From Ruminococcaceae bacterium UBA1227 (GTDB taxonomy: Bacteria > Bacillota > Clostridia > Oscillospirales > Acutalibacteraceae), in the NCBI GenBank assembly GCA_002309175.1, contig DBWX01000011.1, positions 18,233 to 82,232 of the forward strand: a stretch of DNA of 64,000 nucleotides, read 5' to 3'. Numbering within the stretch: the first letter of the stretch is position 1; each line of letters starts with the position of its first letter. A model generated the notes under the pieces. It had not been told where the DNA came from. It did not search any database and saw only the letters and a program-made list of their open reading frames with translations. A program made the position numbers and the translations under genes. This document shows positions 40,966-50,641 of the stretch, one piece after another.

Positions 40966-42498
40966 TTGGCAGCTTTGGAAGAAGAGAAAAAAGAACAGAA
41001 AAAAGCGGAAAAGCGACCTCTTTCCGGTATTGCCAGACGTTGGGTGCTCAACACCTTTCTCATCGTCTGGATTATCCTTCTGATATTTGCCGTTGTGTTC
41101 CTTATTATCATTCAGCGGTTTTATATGTCGACCGTGACGAACAAGCTCTCTTCGCAGTATTCGAACTCGGTCGCAAATTACTTCTCTCAATACATAGGCG
41201 GCACCTCGGACAGGTTTGAGACAGGTGCCCGCGAATACGTTCAGAACTTCCAGCAGAAAGATGTCATGGAAGTCTGGGTTATCGACAACACGGGCCGTGT
41301 TGTCGTATCTTCATCCGGGTTCAGTATTGAACCCCAGACAATTCCGGACTATGAGGCGGCGCTGAAAAGCGAGTCCCGTACGGCAACCTACAAGGGTGCG
41401 AGCAGTTCGGGCGAGTCCATAGCGGCTCAGACCTTCCTGCTGCCGACTTCAAACGGCGAGGAGACGGGCGCGGTGCGCTACATCATCTCCCTTACCGACC
41501 TTGAAAACCAGCAGGGAAAACTTTTCATAATCATATTTTTCGTATTTCTGATACTCGTTCTCATAATCATCATTTCGGGTATTCTGTTCATCGACTCGAT
41601 AATCAGTCCCGTAAATGAGATAAACAAGATAGCGACACGCGTCGCCGAGGGTGACCTCACTGCCCGCGCACCGCCGCAGAAATATGAGGACGAAATCTCC
41701 GAACTTGCAAACAACATAAACTACATGGTAGATGAGATAAGTTCCACCGACAAAATGAAGAATGACTTCATTTCCACCGTGTCACACGAGATGAAGACCC
41801 CGCTTACGGCCATAAAGGGCTGGGGCGAGACTCTGCTCGATGTAGGGGACACCGATCCCGAACTCACGAAGCGCGGAATAGAAGTTATCATAAACGAGTC
41901 GGGTCGTCTGACAAACGTCGTAAATGACCTGCTCGACCTCTCACGCATCGTAAACGGCCGTCTGACGCTCAGAACGGACCGTATAGACGCTTTGGCCGAA
42001 CTTGACGAGACAATCTTCGTCTTCAAGGAAAGGTCGATGCGCGAGGGCATAGAGCTCATTTACAACGCCCCGCACAACCCGACGCCCATGGTCGGCGATG
42101 CCGACCGCTTAAAGCAGGTATTCGTAAATATTCTGGACAACGCCTTCAAGTACAACGAGCAGGGCGGCAAGGTCTTCGTCTCGGCTGAGATTATACCGGG
42201 CGAAGAAGGCGCAGCTACGCTGAAAGTTACGGTTGAAGACACCGGCTGCGGCATTTCGGAGGAGGATCTTCCGAAGGTCAAGCAGAAGTTCTACAAGTCC
42301 AATATCTCAGTTAAGGGCAGCGGCATAGGCCTCGCCGTCTGCGATGAGATAGTTACAATGCACAACGGTACGCTCGATATCGCTTCAGTACTCGGCGAGG
42401 GCACTACCGTGACCGTGACGTTGCCTATCGAATATGTCGAGGTGGCGGATAAGATACCTGCGGCAAATGAAACAGAAGAGGAGCAGTCAGATGCCTGA
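40966..42498 (+). CDS. Sensor histidine kinase (2 TM, HAMP, HisKA, HATPase_c)
   Basis: H-box SHEMKTPLTAI, N box DNAFKYN, G boxes EDTGCGI and GSGIGLA. I prefer the TTG at 40966, 7 nt after AGGAGGG, to the TTG at 40948. Confidence 0.85.
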   Translation: MAALEEEKKEQKKAEKRPLSGIARRWVLNTFLIVWIILLIFAVVFLIIIQRFYMSTVTNKLSSQYSNSVANYFSQYIGGTSDRFETGAREYVQNFQQKDVMEVWVIDNTGRVVVSSSGFSIEPQTIPDYEAALKSESRTATYKGASSSGESIAAQTFLLPTSNGEETGAVRYIISLTDLENQQGKLFIIIFFVFLILVLIIIISGILFIDSIISPVNEINKIATRVAEGDLTARAPPQKYEDEISELANNINYMVDEISSTDKMKNDFISTVSHEMKTPLTAIKGWGETLLDVGDTDPELTKRGIEVIINESGRLTNVVNDLLDLSRIVNGRLTLRTDRIDALAELDETIFVFKERSMREGIELIYNAPHNPTPMVGDADRLKQVFVNILDNAFKYNEQGGKVFVSAEIIPGEEGAATLKVTVEDTGCGISEEDLPKVKQKFYKSNISVKGSGIGLAVCDEIVTMHNGTLDIASVLGEGTTVTVTLPIEYVEVADKIPAANETEEEQSDA

Positions 42499-43456
42499 TT
42501 CCAGGAAAACTTTAATAGGCGGACAGGCCCTCATTGAGGGCATCGTAATGCGCGGAAAGCACGTAGCTGCGATGGGTATCCGTCTTCCAAACGGAGAGAT
42601 AGAGATAACCGAGAAGGAACTCCATCCTCTCAGTGATAAATATAAAATAGCGGGTGTCCCGGTAATCCGCGGCGTAGTGAATTTCGTCGAGTCCATAACC
42701 TTCGGTTACAAGTGTCTCATGGAATCCGCCGAGAAGTCCGGCCTTGAGGATACCGAGTCCGAGTCGAAGGTCGACAAGTGGCTGAATGAGCATTTCAGCG
42801 ACAAGGTAATGCCCGTAATCGGCGTCATTTCGGCCGTTTTGGGCGTGGCGCTCGCTCTCGGTCTCTTTATGTACCTGCCCGCTCTCATAAATGACCTTCT
42901 CGACAAATATGTCTTCTCGGGCGGCATAGCGAAGCACAATCTCCAGCCCCTGGTTGAAGGTATCATCAAGATAATCATCTTCGTCTTCTATATGTGGGCA
43001 GTCTCGCAGATGAAGGACATAAAGCGCGTGTTCATGTACCATGGTGCGGAGCACAAGACCATCTTCTGCTACGAGAACAATGAGGAGCTCACCGTGGAGA
43101 ACGTCAGGAAGCAGATCCGCTTCCATCCGCGCTGCGGAACGAGCTTTATGTTCGTGCTCATGATTTTGAGTATTTTCATAGCGACAATCCTCGTCCTGAT
43201 CTTCCCCTGGCTTCGCGCGAGCAGAATAGTCTGGGTGCTTGCAAAACTCCTCGTTTTGCCTGTAGTTATGGGAATCGGCTATGAGTATATAAAGTACGCG
43301 GGACGTCACGATAACGTCTGTACGAAGGTAGGTTCGGCCCCCGGTCTGTGGATGCAGCGCATCTCCACCGTGGAGCCTGATGACAGTATGATAGAGGTCG
43401 GAATTGCGGCCTTCAAATACGTGCTTGAGCACGATGAGGATCTGGATATCAAATGA
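42491..43456 (+). CDS. DUF1385 domain membrane protein
   Basis: IGGQALIEGIVMRG and YHGAEHKTI motifs. Typical neighbour of prmC. ATG at 42491 overlaps the kinase stop. Confidence 0.8.
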   Translation: MPDSRKTLIGGQALIEGIVMRGKHVAAMGIRLPNGEIEITEKELHPLSDKYKIAGVPVIRGVVNFVESITFGYKCLMESAEKSGLEDTESESKVDKWLNEHFSDKVMPVIGVISAVLGVALALGLFMYLPALINDLLDKYVFSGGIAKHNLQPLVEGIIKIIIFVFYMWAVSQMKDIKRVFMYHGAEHKTIFCYENNEELTVENVRKQIRFHPRCGTSFMFVLMILSIFIATILVLIFPWLRASRIVWVLAKLLVLPVVMGIGYEYIKYAGRHDNVCTKVGSAPGLWMQRISTVEPDDSMIEVGIAAFKYVLEHDEDLDIK

Positions 43457-44247
43457 CGGAAAAACTGCTTGAAAAATCCGTATATGAGAAACTGTGCGGC
43501 GTCGTCGATCCCGACGACGCCTCTGTTGATGCGCGCGAGCTCTGCCGCGCTTTCTCCGGGGACGCCCTTTGGGCGGCCGTCGAAAGGCGCCTCTCGGGCG
43601 AGCCGCTTCAGTATATTATCGGTGAGTGGGACTTCTATAATTGCACATTCCGTGTAGGCGAGGGAGTGCTTATTCCGCGTCCTGAGACGGAACTGCTTGT
43701 CGATGAGACATTGGAATTCCTGAAAGGACGCAGTGACGGGGCACAGACGGTGCTCGACCTCTGTTCCGGAAGCGGTTGCATAGCAATATCAATCGCGAAA
43801 AACTGCCCCGAGGCGAAGGTCCTCGCGGTCGAAAAAAGTCCCGCTGCGTTTGAGTTTTTAAAGCAGAATATAATCCTGAATCAGGTGAAGGTGAGTGCCT
43901 TCAATGATGACATTCTCGAAGGCTGCGGTCATCTTACAAAAGGCCGCTTTGACGTGATTGTCTCAAACCCTCCGTATGTGCGAAAAAGTGAGATTGAAAC
44001 CCTGCAGACAGAGGTTCTGCGGGAGCCCGTCGAGGCACTCGACGGGGGAGAAGACGGCCTCGTCTTCTACCGTGCGATCGCTGATCGCTGGCTCCCGCTT
44101 GTCCGGCCCGGAGGCCTTTTGATCGTCGAATGCGGCGAGGACCAGGCTGAAGATGTAAAGAGCATCTTTTCGGCCGCATCCGACGGGGCGGTGTACACGC
44201 TCGACGATTTTGCCGGAATACATCGCGCAGTGGCAATAAAACCTTGA
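43453..44247 (+). CDS. prmC: Release factor glutamine N5-methyltransferase
   Basis: NPPY catalytic motif and LDLCSGSGCI SAM motif. Confidence 0.85.
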   Translation: MTEKLLEKSVYEKLCGVVDPDDASVDARELCRAFSGDALWAAVERRLSGEPLQYIIGEWDFYNCTFRVGEGVLIPRPETELLVDETLEFLKGRSDGAQTVLDLCSGSGCIAISIAKNCPEAKVLAVEKSPAAFEFLKQNIILNQVKVSAFNDDILEGCGHLTKGRFDVIVSNPPYVRKSEIETLQTEVLREPVEALDGGEDGLVFYRAIADRWLPLVRPGGLLIVECGEDQAEDVKSIFSAASDGAVYTLDDFAGIHRAVAIKP

Positions 44248-44321
44248 CGGTTTATAAGTTTTTTAGTATTCTATTATATGTATTATTTTGCGTATTAGAT
44301 ATTAAATGAGGAGGATAGCCC

Positions 44322-44990
44322 ATGCTGCTTCGCGCTCTTACCAGCGGAGATATACTGACAATAGCAGTAACAGTTGTGGCTGCAGTCTTTCTCATTTTCG
44401 TTTGTATACCCGTACATGAACTTGCGCATGGCTTCGTTGCCTATAAGCGCGGAGACAAGAGCATAAAGGCCTCAGGCCAGCTCTCGCTCGACCCGCTGGC
44501 GCATATTGACCCCTTAGGTGCAGTGATGATTGCCCTCATCGGCTTCGGCTGGGGCAAACCCTGCAGAGTAAACCCGTACGCCTTCAAGAATCCCAAGAAG
44601 GAAATGGCAATAATTGCCGCCTCGGGTCCTCTCTCAAACCTGCTCCTCGGCCTGGTGCTCATTTTCGTCCGTGTGCTGCTCAATGCCATCGCACCGAATT
44701 TCATGGGCATCGTCATGGGTCAGGCGGTTGACATCTTTCTCCAGGTCACAGCTCAGATTACCATCTGGCTCGGAGTACTGAACCTTCTGCCCATACCCAT
44801 GTTTGACGGTTTTACCATTGTCCGCGCGTTTTTAAAACCCCAAACGGAAGAAATGGTATTACAGAATCAGCAGATGATAATGATTATTGTCATCATTCTC
44901 TTCTTCACGAGAATCCTGGCCATACCCGTTGAGTTCCTCTCAAACTACATTATCAAATTGTTCTACTGGCTCTGCACCCTGCCGTTTTAA
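44322..44990 (+). CDS. Site-2 protease family (M50) membrane metalloprotease
   Basis: HELAHG zinc motif in a TM segment. Polytopic. Confidence 0.75.
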   Translation: MLLRALTSGDILTIAVTVVAAVFLIFVCIPVHELAHGFVAYKRGDKSIKASGQLSLDPLAHIDPLGAVMIALIGFGWGKPCRVNPYAFKNPKKEMAIIAASGPLSNLLLGLVLIFVRVLLNAIAPNFMGIVMGQAVDIFLQVTAQITIWLGVLNLLPIPMFDGFTIVRAFLKPQTEEMVLQNQQMIMIIVIILFFTRILAIPVEFLSNYIIKLFYWLCTLPF

Positions 44991-44999
44991 GGGGGAGCC

Positions 45000-45716
45000 A
45001 TGGAAAAGATTAACTACAAGCTTGAGGTATTTGAAGGCCCCATGGACCTGCTCTTAAGCCTCATCACCAAGCATAAGCTTGACATTATGGACATCCCCAT
45101 CGTCACTCTCGTTGACCAGTACACGGAGTACGTGAGGGCAATGCAGGAGTCAGACATGGAAGTCGCCTCCGAGTTCCTCGAGATGGCCGCAAGACTCGTC
45201 TACATCAAGACGGTGTCGCTGCTGCCTAAACACGAGGAGGCGGAACAGCTCAAAGCCGAGCTCCAGGGCGAGCTCCTCGAGTACCGAGACTGCCAGCTCA
45301 TGGCAGGCAAACTTGCGGACGAGGCCAAAGGCTTTGACTTCATCGGCAGAAAGGCCGATGTCATAGACAGGGACACCACATACAGGTTGTTCCATGAGCC
45401 GGATGAACTTTTCAGGGCTTATATCTCAGCCCTCGGCAAAGGCGCCAGGAAACTGCCGCCCCCGGCTTCATCATTTACCGCAATCGTATCGAAGAAGATC
45501 GTATCCGTATCTTCCAAGATTGTCTTTATACTTCGCCGCGCGCTCAAGGGCGGCAACCTGAGTTTCAGGTCGCTTATTGAGGCCTCTGAGTCCCGCTCGG
45601 ACATGGTCGCGACCTTCCTCGCGGTCCTCGAACTCCTCAAGGCCGGCCGTATGACCGCGCAGGGCGAGGGCGACGATATGAAATTCACACTTAACAACGA
45701 GAAGAACGGGAGTTGA
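45000..45716 (+). CDS. scpA: Segregation and condensation protein A
   Basis: FEGPMDLLLSLI N-terminal kleisin motif. Followed by scpB with a 4-nt overlap. Confidence 0.85.
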   Translation: MEKINYKLEVFEGPMDLLLSLITKHKLDIMDIPIVTLVDQYTEYVRAMQESDMEVASEFLEMAARLVYIKTVSLLPKHEEAEQLKAELQGELLEYRDCQLMAGKLADEAKGFDFIGRKADVIDRDTTYRLFHEPDELFRAYISALGKGARKLPPPASSFTAIVSKKIVSVSSKIVFILRRALKGGNLSFRSLIEASESRSDMVATFLAVLELLKAGRMTAQGEGDDMKFTLNNEKNGS

Positions 45717-46279
45717 GAAACTTGAACGCTAAGACACTGCAGGCAAGCGTGGAGGCCATTCTCTTCGCAGCCGGCGATCCGGTGCCCGTATCCCGTCTCT
45801 CAAGCGCACTCGAGATAGAACCCGAACTTGCCGAACAGGTCCTTCTAAACCTGAAGGCCGAGTATGACGAACGCGACGGAGGAATCTGTATCCTCCACCT
45901 CGGCGACAAGTTCCAGATGTGCACGCGCACCGAGTTCTCTGAAGAGGTCCGTCGCGTCCTCGAGATGCGCCGCAACGTGCCCCTCTCGCAGGCTGCCTTT
46001 GAAGTCCTTGCGGTTGTGGCATACAACCAGCCCGTGACAAAGTCATTCATCGAACAGGTTCGCGGAGTTGACTGTTCCGGAGTAATTACATCGCTTACCG
46101 AAAAAGACCTCATTGAGGAGAAGGGCAGACTCGATCTCCCCGGCAAGCCGATAGTCTACGGTACAACACCGGCGTTTTTACGCTGTTTTTGTATGGAGTC
46201 TCTCGATGAGCTCCCCGCGCTTCCCGGTTCCGAGGAACCCGAGGCGACAGAGGAGGAGCCCGAAGAGGACACCGAATAA
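45713..46279 (+). CDS. scpB: Segregation and condensation protein B
   Basis: EAILFAAGDPV and LS.AALE.LA.IAY.QPVT-like pattern. Acidic tail. Confidence 0.85.
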   Translation: MRNLNAKTLQASVEAILFAAGDPVPVSRLSSALEIEPELAEQVLLNLKAEYDERDGGICILHLGDKFQMCTRTEFSEEVRRVLEMRRNVPLSQAAFEVLAVVAYNQPVTKSFIEQVRGVDCSGVITSLTEKDLIEEKGRLDLPGKPIVYGTTPAFLRCFCMESLDELPALPGSEEPEATEEEPEEDTE

Positions 46280-46326
46280 ATCAGTTCAAAATTATTCAAA
46301 ATATACACAGGGGGAGGTGTTGATTA

Positions 46327-47340
46327 TTGGTACTTCTTAAAATCCTCTTTTGGCTTATTTTTATCGTACTTGTGCTTGCGGTACTTATCATCGGATTTGT
46401 TCTTTTTGCCCTCTCGGTCAAAATTCAGCTTATCGGTGACTACGCAGACGAGAAGAAGAGATTCTGGGTCAAGTACGGCATTATTAAGCTGAAAATTTAC
46501 CCCGAGATGTTCTCCGAAAAGGCCAAGAGGCGCCGCGCGAAGCTGATGGGTCACATCCGCTCCTGGTTCGGCCCTACGGCAAGAAAGGTCTCAAACAAGG
46601 CCAAGGCAAAGGCCACAGAGAAGTTTGAGGAGACAAAGGAGAAGAAGTCCGCCGAGAAAGATCTGAACACGGCGGTACAGATCCGCGAAGAGGAGAAACG
46701 CATCGAAGAGGAGGAGCGCAGGCTGAACGAGGAGATCCCTCGCGCACAGGCTTCTTACGAGGCTGCAGTTGAAGCCGAAGAGAAGGGCGAGCCTCTGCCT
46801 AATGTCGTTAACCAGGATGAAGTCTCAAAGATCGAAAGTATCAAGACTTCATGGAAAGCCGCGGATATTCCGGGCACATACGACAAGGTTAAGAGTTTCC
46901 TTTCCGGTTTCTCAACCGACTCTATTCTCGCTCTGATATCTTCACTCGGAAGCGATACCGGCCACACACTCGGCAAGGTCGGAAGAAGAATCGTAATCAA
47001 ACGTTTTAATGTGGGACTTGTAGTCAGCGGAAAGGATGCCGCTTCGACAGCATTAAAGTACGGCCGCATAGCCGCAGTTGCCTATCCGTCACTCGGAAGG
47101 ATTATGAACAGTCTTAATACGAAAGATGTCAGTCTCGATATGACGCCTGACTATCTCGCGAAGAAAGACAGCGGCGAAATCCATGTGACCGTGGCCTTCC
47201 GTCCTCTGTTCCTGTTCACACCGTTTATCGGTCTCGTACCGAGACTCGGAAAAGACGGTTTCAAGTTCTACAGGGACTACAGCAAGACAAAGAAAGTCAA
47301 GTCGAAAAACGCCTCGCAGGCAGGCTCTGCAGTGGCTTAA
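46327..47340 (+). CDS. DUF2953/YtfI-like sporulation-associated membrane protein
   Basis: N-terminal TM. Position immediately upstream of the ytfJ/gerW homologue, as in Bacillus. Long charged insert. TTG start after GGGGGAGG. Confidence 0.45.
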   Translation: MVLLKILFWLIFIVLVLAVLIIGFVLFALSVKIQLIGDYADEKKRFWVKYGIIKLKIYPEMFSEKAKRRRAKLMGHIRSWFGPTARKVSNKAKAKATEKFEETKEKKSAEKDLNTAVQIREEEKRIEEEERRLNEEIPRAQASYEAAVEAEEKGEPLPNVVNQDEVSKIESIKTSWKAADIPGTYDKVKSFLSGFSTDSILALISSLGSDTGHTLGKVGRRIVIKRFNVGLVVSGKDAASTALKYGRIAAVAYPSLGRIMNSLNTKDVSLDMTPDYLAKKDSGEIHVTVAFRPLFLFTPFIGLVPRLGKDGFKFYRDYSKTKKVKSKNASQAGSAVA

Positions 47341-47380
47341 GATAACAACCAATCAATTAAAATAAACTGAGGTGCTTAAA

Positions 47381-47743
47381 ATGAAAGAAACAGCAACAGC
47401 AGGAATGCTCCAGACAACAATCGAGAAAGTAAAGGACATGATTGATGTCTCCACAATCATCGGCGATCCCGTTTACACTGAGTCGGGTCTTACAATCATC
47501 CCCGTTTCAAAGGTAACATACGGCTTCGCAAGCGGCGGCACAGACTTCCCTTCAAAGAACAGGGAACTCTTCGGCGGCGCAGGCGGTGCAGGCGTCACAA
47601 TCACTCCTGTTGCATTCCTTCTCATCCAGAACGGCCAGGTAACTCTTAAGCATATCACTGCTTATGACAACGCCGCTGAGAGAATGGTTAACCTTATGCC
47701 CGAGATGTTCGACAAGGTAACCGGCCTCATCAAGAAAAACTGA
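47381..47743 (+). CDS. ytfJ: GerW/YtfJ family sporulation protein
   Basis: IIGDPV...IIPVSKV..GF..GG...GGGAGGGV.I.PVAFL pattern. ATG at 47381, 7 nt after GAGGTG. Confidence 0.8.
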   Translation: MKETATAGMLQTTIEKVKDMIDVSTIIGDPVYTESGLTIIPVSKVTYGFASGGTDFPSKNRELFGGAGGAGVTITPVAFLLIQNGQVTLKHITAYDNAAERMVNLMPEMFDKVTGLIKKN

Positions 47744-47761
47744 TTGAAATGCTGAATAATA

Positions 47762-47786
47762 GCGGGGCTGACCGGGTCGGCCCCGC
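47762..47786 (+). terminator. GC-rich hairpin after ytfJ (weak U-tract)
   Basis: GCGGGGC-TGACCGGGTCG-GCCCCGC. The downstream tract ATTAGTCG is poor, so terminator function is uncertain. Confidence 0.35.
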
Positions 47787-47829
47787 ATTAGTCGTATATT
47801 GAGGGTACTTGAAAGAGGGGTTTTTCTGC

Positions 47830-48558
47830 GTGTCTGACGATAAAATAAGACTCCAGAAGTACATGGCGGACTGCGGCATAGCAAGCCGCAGGAAATCGGA
47901 GGAACTCATAGCCTCCGGCAAGGTGAAGGTCAACGGAAAGGTCGCTTCAATCGGCGACAAGGTTGACCCGAAAAAAGACAAGGTTTCGGTAGAGGGGCAG
48001 GCTGTCCATGCCGAGACTGAGTTTCGCTATATCATGCTCAACAAACCCCGCGGATTCATTACGACGATGAGCGACGAGCGCGGCCGCAAGTGTGTGGCCG
48101 AACTTGTCTCCGATGTCGGCGTGCGGGTCTTTCCGGTCGGACGTCTCGACAAGGACTCGGAAGGGCTTTTGCTCCTGACGAATGACGGAGAGTTCGCGAA
48201 CAATCTGACGCACCCCTCAAAGCATGTTCCGAAGACCTACAGAGTTACCGTCCGACCGGCCATAAACGAGGAGATACTGAATCACCTCATGACCGGTATC
48301 ATGATTGACGGCAGGACAACTCTGCCCGCGCAGGTTAAGGTCCTGACACAGGAACCGGACCGCGTGGTGCTTGAGATAGTCATCTGTGAGGGCAGGAACA
48401 GGCAGATAAGAAAGATGTGCGAAGCGGAGGGCCTTACCGTCGCGCGCCTTAAGCGCACGGCCGTAGGTCCGGTAAAGCTCGGCATGCTCAAACAGGGCGC
48501 CTGGCGCGACCTGACTCCGCAGGAGCTGAAATCCCTTCGCAACGCAAGGAGAAAGTAA
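47830..48558 (+). CDS. rluB: 23S rRNA pseudouridine synthase B (RsuA/RluB family)
   Basis: S4 domain (RLQKYMADCGIASRR) and catalytic GRLDKDSEGLLLLTNDG. GTG at 47830 after GAAAGAGGGG preferred. Confidence 0.85.
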   Translation: MSDDKIRLQKYMADCGIASRRKSEELIASGKVKVNGKVASIGDKVDPKKDKVSVEGQAVHAETEFRYIMLNKPRGFITTMSDERGRKCVAELVSDVGVRVFPVGRLDKDSEGLLLLTNDGEFANNLTHPSKHVPKTYRVTVRPAINEEILNHLMTGIMIDGRTTLPAQVKVLTQEPDRVVLEIVICEGRNRQIRKMCEAEGLTVARLKRTAVGPVKLGMLKQGAWRDLTPQELKSLRNARRK

Positions 48559-48559
48559 T

Positions 48560-49438
48560 ATGACAAGAAGCATGACAGGCTTCGGTCGCGCTCAGCGTGA
48601 CACGGAGAATCTCTTTGTCTCCGTTGAACTCAAGAGCGTGAACCACAGGTATTTTGAACTTTACTCACGCGTGCCGAGAGCATACGGTTTCCTTGATGAG
48701 AAGATTAAGTCATATCTCCAGAACCGTGTTGCCAGGGGCAAGATAGAATGCAATGTCGTAATTGAGACTTCGGATTCCGATTACGCTCAGGTGCGTGTAA
48801 ATCATTCACTTGCTGAGGCCTACATCGCAGCGCTGAACGAGCTTGAGGAGAAGTACAACATAAAGAACGATGTGTCCGTCACGTCGCTCTCGCGCTTCCC
48901 TGACGTGCTCTCCGTTCACAAGAGCGAGGCTGATGAGGACGCCATATGGGAGGCAGTGAAAGAGGTGCTCGAAACCGCGACGGACAACTTTGTCGCGATG
49001 CGCGAGCGCGAGGGTGAGAAACTCCGCGAGGATATCTGCTCACGCGCTGACACCATCCTTGAGAAGGTGGCCTTCGTTGAGGCGCGCTCGCCCGAGACGG
49101 TGAAAGAGTACAACGAGAAGATGAAACAGCGTATCCGCGAACTCATAGATGACGCCACGGTCGACGATCAGAGGCTTCTTCAGGAGGCTGCAATCTTTGC
49201 CGACAAGGTGGCCGTTGATGAGGAGACGGTGCGTCTGAGAAGCCATATAGAGCAGCTTAAGGCCATGTTCGATGAGACTGAGGCCATAGGCAAGAAGATG
49301 GACTTCCTCGTTCAGGAAATAAACCGTGAGGCCAACACCATAGGCTCCAAGGCCGCTGATTTTGAAATCGGAAAGACGGTAGTGGAGATAAAGGCAGAGG
49401 TCGAAAAGATAAGGGAACAGGTACAGAACATAGAGTAG
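48560..49438 (+). CDS. yicC: YicC family stress-induced endoribonuclease
   Basis: MTRSMTGFGRA N-terminus and EINREANTIGSKA C-terminal motif. Confidence 0.85.
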   Translation: MTRSMTGFGRAQRDTENLFVSVELKSVNHRYFELYSRVPRAYGFLDEKIKSYLQNRVARGKIECNVVIETSDSDYAQVRVNHSLAEAYIAALNELEEKYNIKNDVSVTSLSRFPDVLSVHKSEADEDAIWEAVKEVLETATDNFVAMREREGEKLREDICSRADTILEKVAFVEARSPETVKEYNEKMKQRIRELIDDATVDDQRLLQEAAIFADKVAVDEETVRLRSHIEQLKAMFDETEAIGKKMDFLVQEINREANTIGSKAADFEIGKTVVEIKAEVEKIREQVQNIE

Positions 49439-49449
49439 GACGAAGGCTC

Positions 49450-49704
49450 ATGAAACTTGTTAACATAGGTTTTGGAAACTGTGTGAATGCGGACCGCATA
49501 ATCGCTCTTTTAAGTCCGGATTCCGCGCCTGTAAAACGAATAATAGGTGACTGCAAGGAGAAGGGTACCCTCATCGATGCCTCACAGGGCAGGAAGACGA
49601 GGACAGTGCTCATCATGGACAACGACGAGGTTGTCCTCTCATACCTTCAGCCCGAGACTCTTACACAGAGAATTAACGGCGAGGAGGCAGAGGAGAATGA
49701 GTAA
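49450..49704 (+). CDS. remA: RemA/DUF370 family regulator
   Basis: MKLVNIGFGN.V...RIIA...P.SAP.KR.I and GRKTR motifs. Confidence 0.85.
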   Translation: MKLVNIGFGNCVNADRIIALLSPDSAPVKRIIGDCKEKGTLIDASQGRKTRTVLIMDNDEVVLSYLQPETLTQRINGEEAEENE

Positions 49705-50404
49705 TGTCGGAGGTTTCCTTCTGATCTTCTCCGGACCTTCGGGCTCCGGTAAGGACACCATCCTGCACAAGATAATGGAGCGCGACGACAAGACCGTCGT
49801 TTCTGTCTCCATGACCACCCGTGCCCCGCGCGAGGGAGAGCAGGACGGCAAGGACTATTATTTCGTGACCAAAGAGGAATTTGAAGAGCATATCAAAAAC
49901 GGCGATATGCTCGAGTGGGCCCGCTACGGTGAGAACTATTACGGCACCCCCAAAGCACCGATCCTGAACTGGATTAACGAGGGCAAGACGGTGGTTCTCG
50001 AAATAGAGGTCCAGGGCGCTGACAAGATCAGGGAGCAGTTCCCCGATGTGCGTTCGATGTTCCTTATGCCGCCGTCACTCCACGTCCTTGAAAAGCGCCT
50101 CCGTGACAGAAAGACAAACACGGAGGAGGACATAAAAAGGCGACTGGAGACGGCCAAGGAGGAAATAGGCCGCGCCAACGACTATGACTATATTATTGTG
50201 AACAACCGGCTGGAAGATGCAGTAGAGGACGCCATGGAAATCATTCTTCGTCACAGGCGTCATCTGCGTGAAAATGACAGCGGAGACGAGTTCTACTACG
50301 GATACCAGTACAAGGATGAAGTAGAATACATAAACGAGGTGGCGCGTGTGCTGCCGCCCGTGGAAGACTTTTCGGAAAGAGGTTTAAAAGATGGCAGAGA
50401 ATAA
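49697..50404 (+). CDS. gmk: Guanylate kinase
   Basis: P-loop SGPSGSGKDT, TTRAPREGE and YYGTP. ATG at 49697 overlaps the remA stop. The track's upstream extension lies inside remA. Confidence 0.9.
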   Translation: MSNVGGFLLIFSGPSGSGKDTILHKIMERDDKTVVSVSMTTRAPREGEQDGKDYYFVTKEEFEEHIKNGDMLEWARYGENYYGTPKAPILNWINEGKTVVLEIEVQGADKIREQFPDVRSMFLMPPSLHVLEKRLRDRKTNTEEDIKRRLETAKEEIGRANDYDYIIVNNRLEDAVEDAMEIILRHRRHLRENDSGDEFYYGYQYKDEVEYINEVARVLPPVEDFSERGLKDGRE

Positions 50405-50627
50405 GAGATTCAATCCCGATCTTCGTGAGATCCTTCATGACGGTGAGGCTCACCAGATAAGCCGTTATTCACTTGTAACGGCGACAGCCAAGCTCGCGAG
50501 AGAGATCAGCGACAAGGCTGCCGAGGAGCACGAGATTGTAATGGAGAAGCCCGTATCAACGGCTCTCGATAAACTTCTCTCAGGCGAATACGTAATTGAG
50601 GAACCTGAGGAGATCAAAGACCTTTAA
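50391..50627 (+). CDS. rpoZ: DNA-directed RNA polymerase subunit omega
   Basis: 78 aa. SRYSLVTATAKLAREI motif. Conserved position after gmk. Confidence 0.8.
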   Translation: MAENKRFNPDLREILHDGEAHQISRYSLVTATAKLAREISDKAAEEHEIVMEKPVSTALDKLLSGEYVIEEPEEIKDL

Positions 50628-50641
50628 GGAGGAGACAGGGC

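Noticed and set aside
42512-43432. 306-aa ORF antisense to the DUF1385 gene
   Set aside because: It lies entirely inside, and antisense to, a gene with strong family motifs. The composition is low-complexity and His/Arg/Asp-rich with no RBS. This is a typical shadow ORF of a GC-biased coding region.
49547-49696. Upstream in-frame extension of gmk (track start 49547)
   Set aside because: The extension lies inside remA in another frame. A canonical ATG with an upstream GGAGGCAGAGGAG purine tract at 49697 yields the normal Gmk N-terminus (P-loop at residue about 12).
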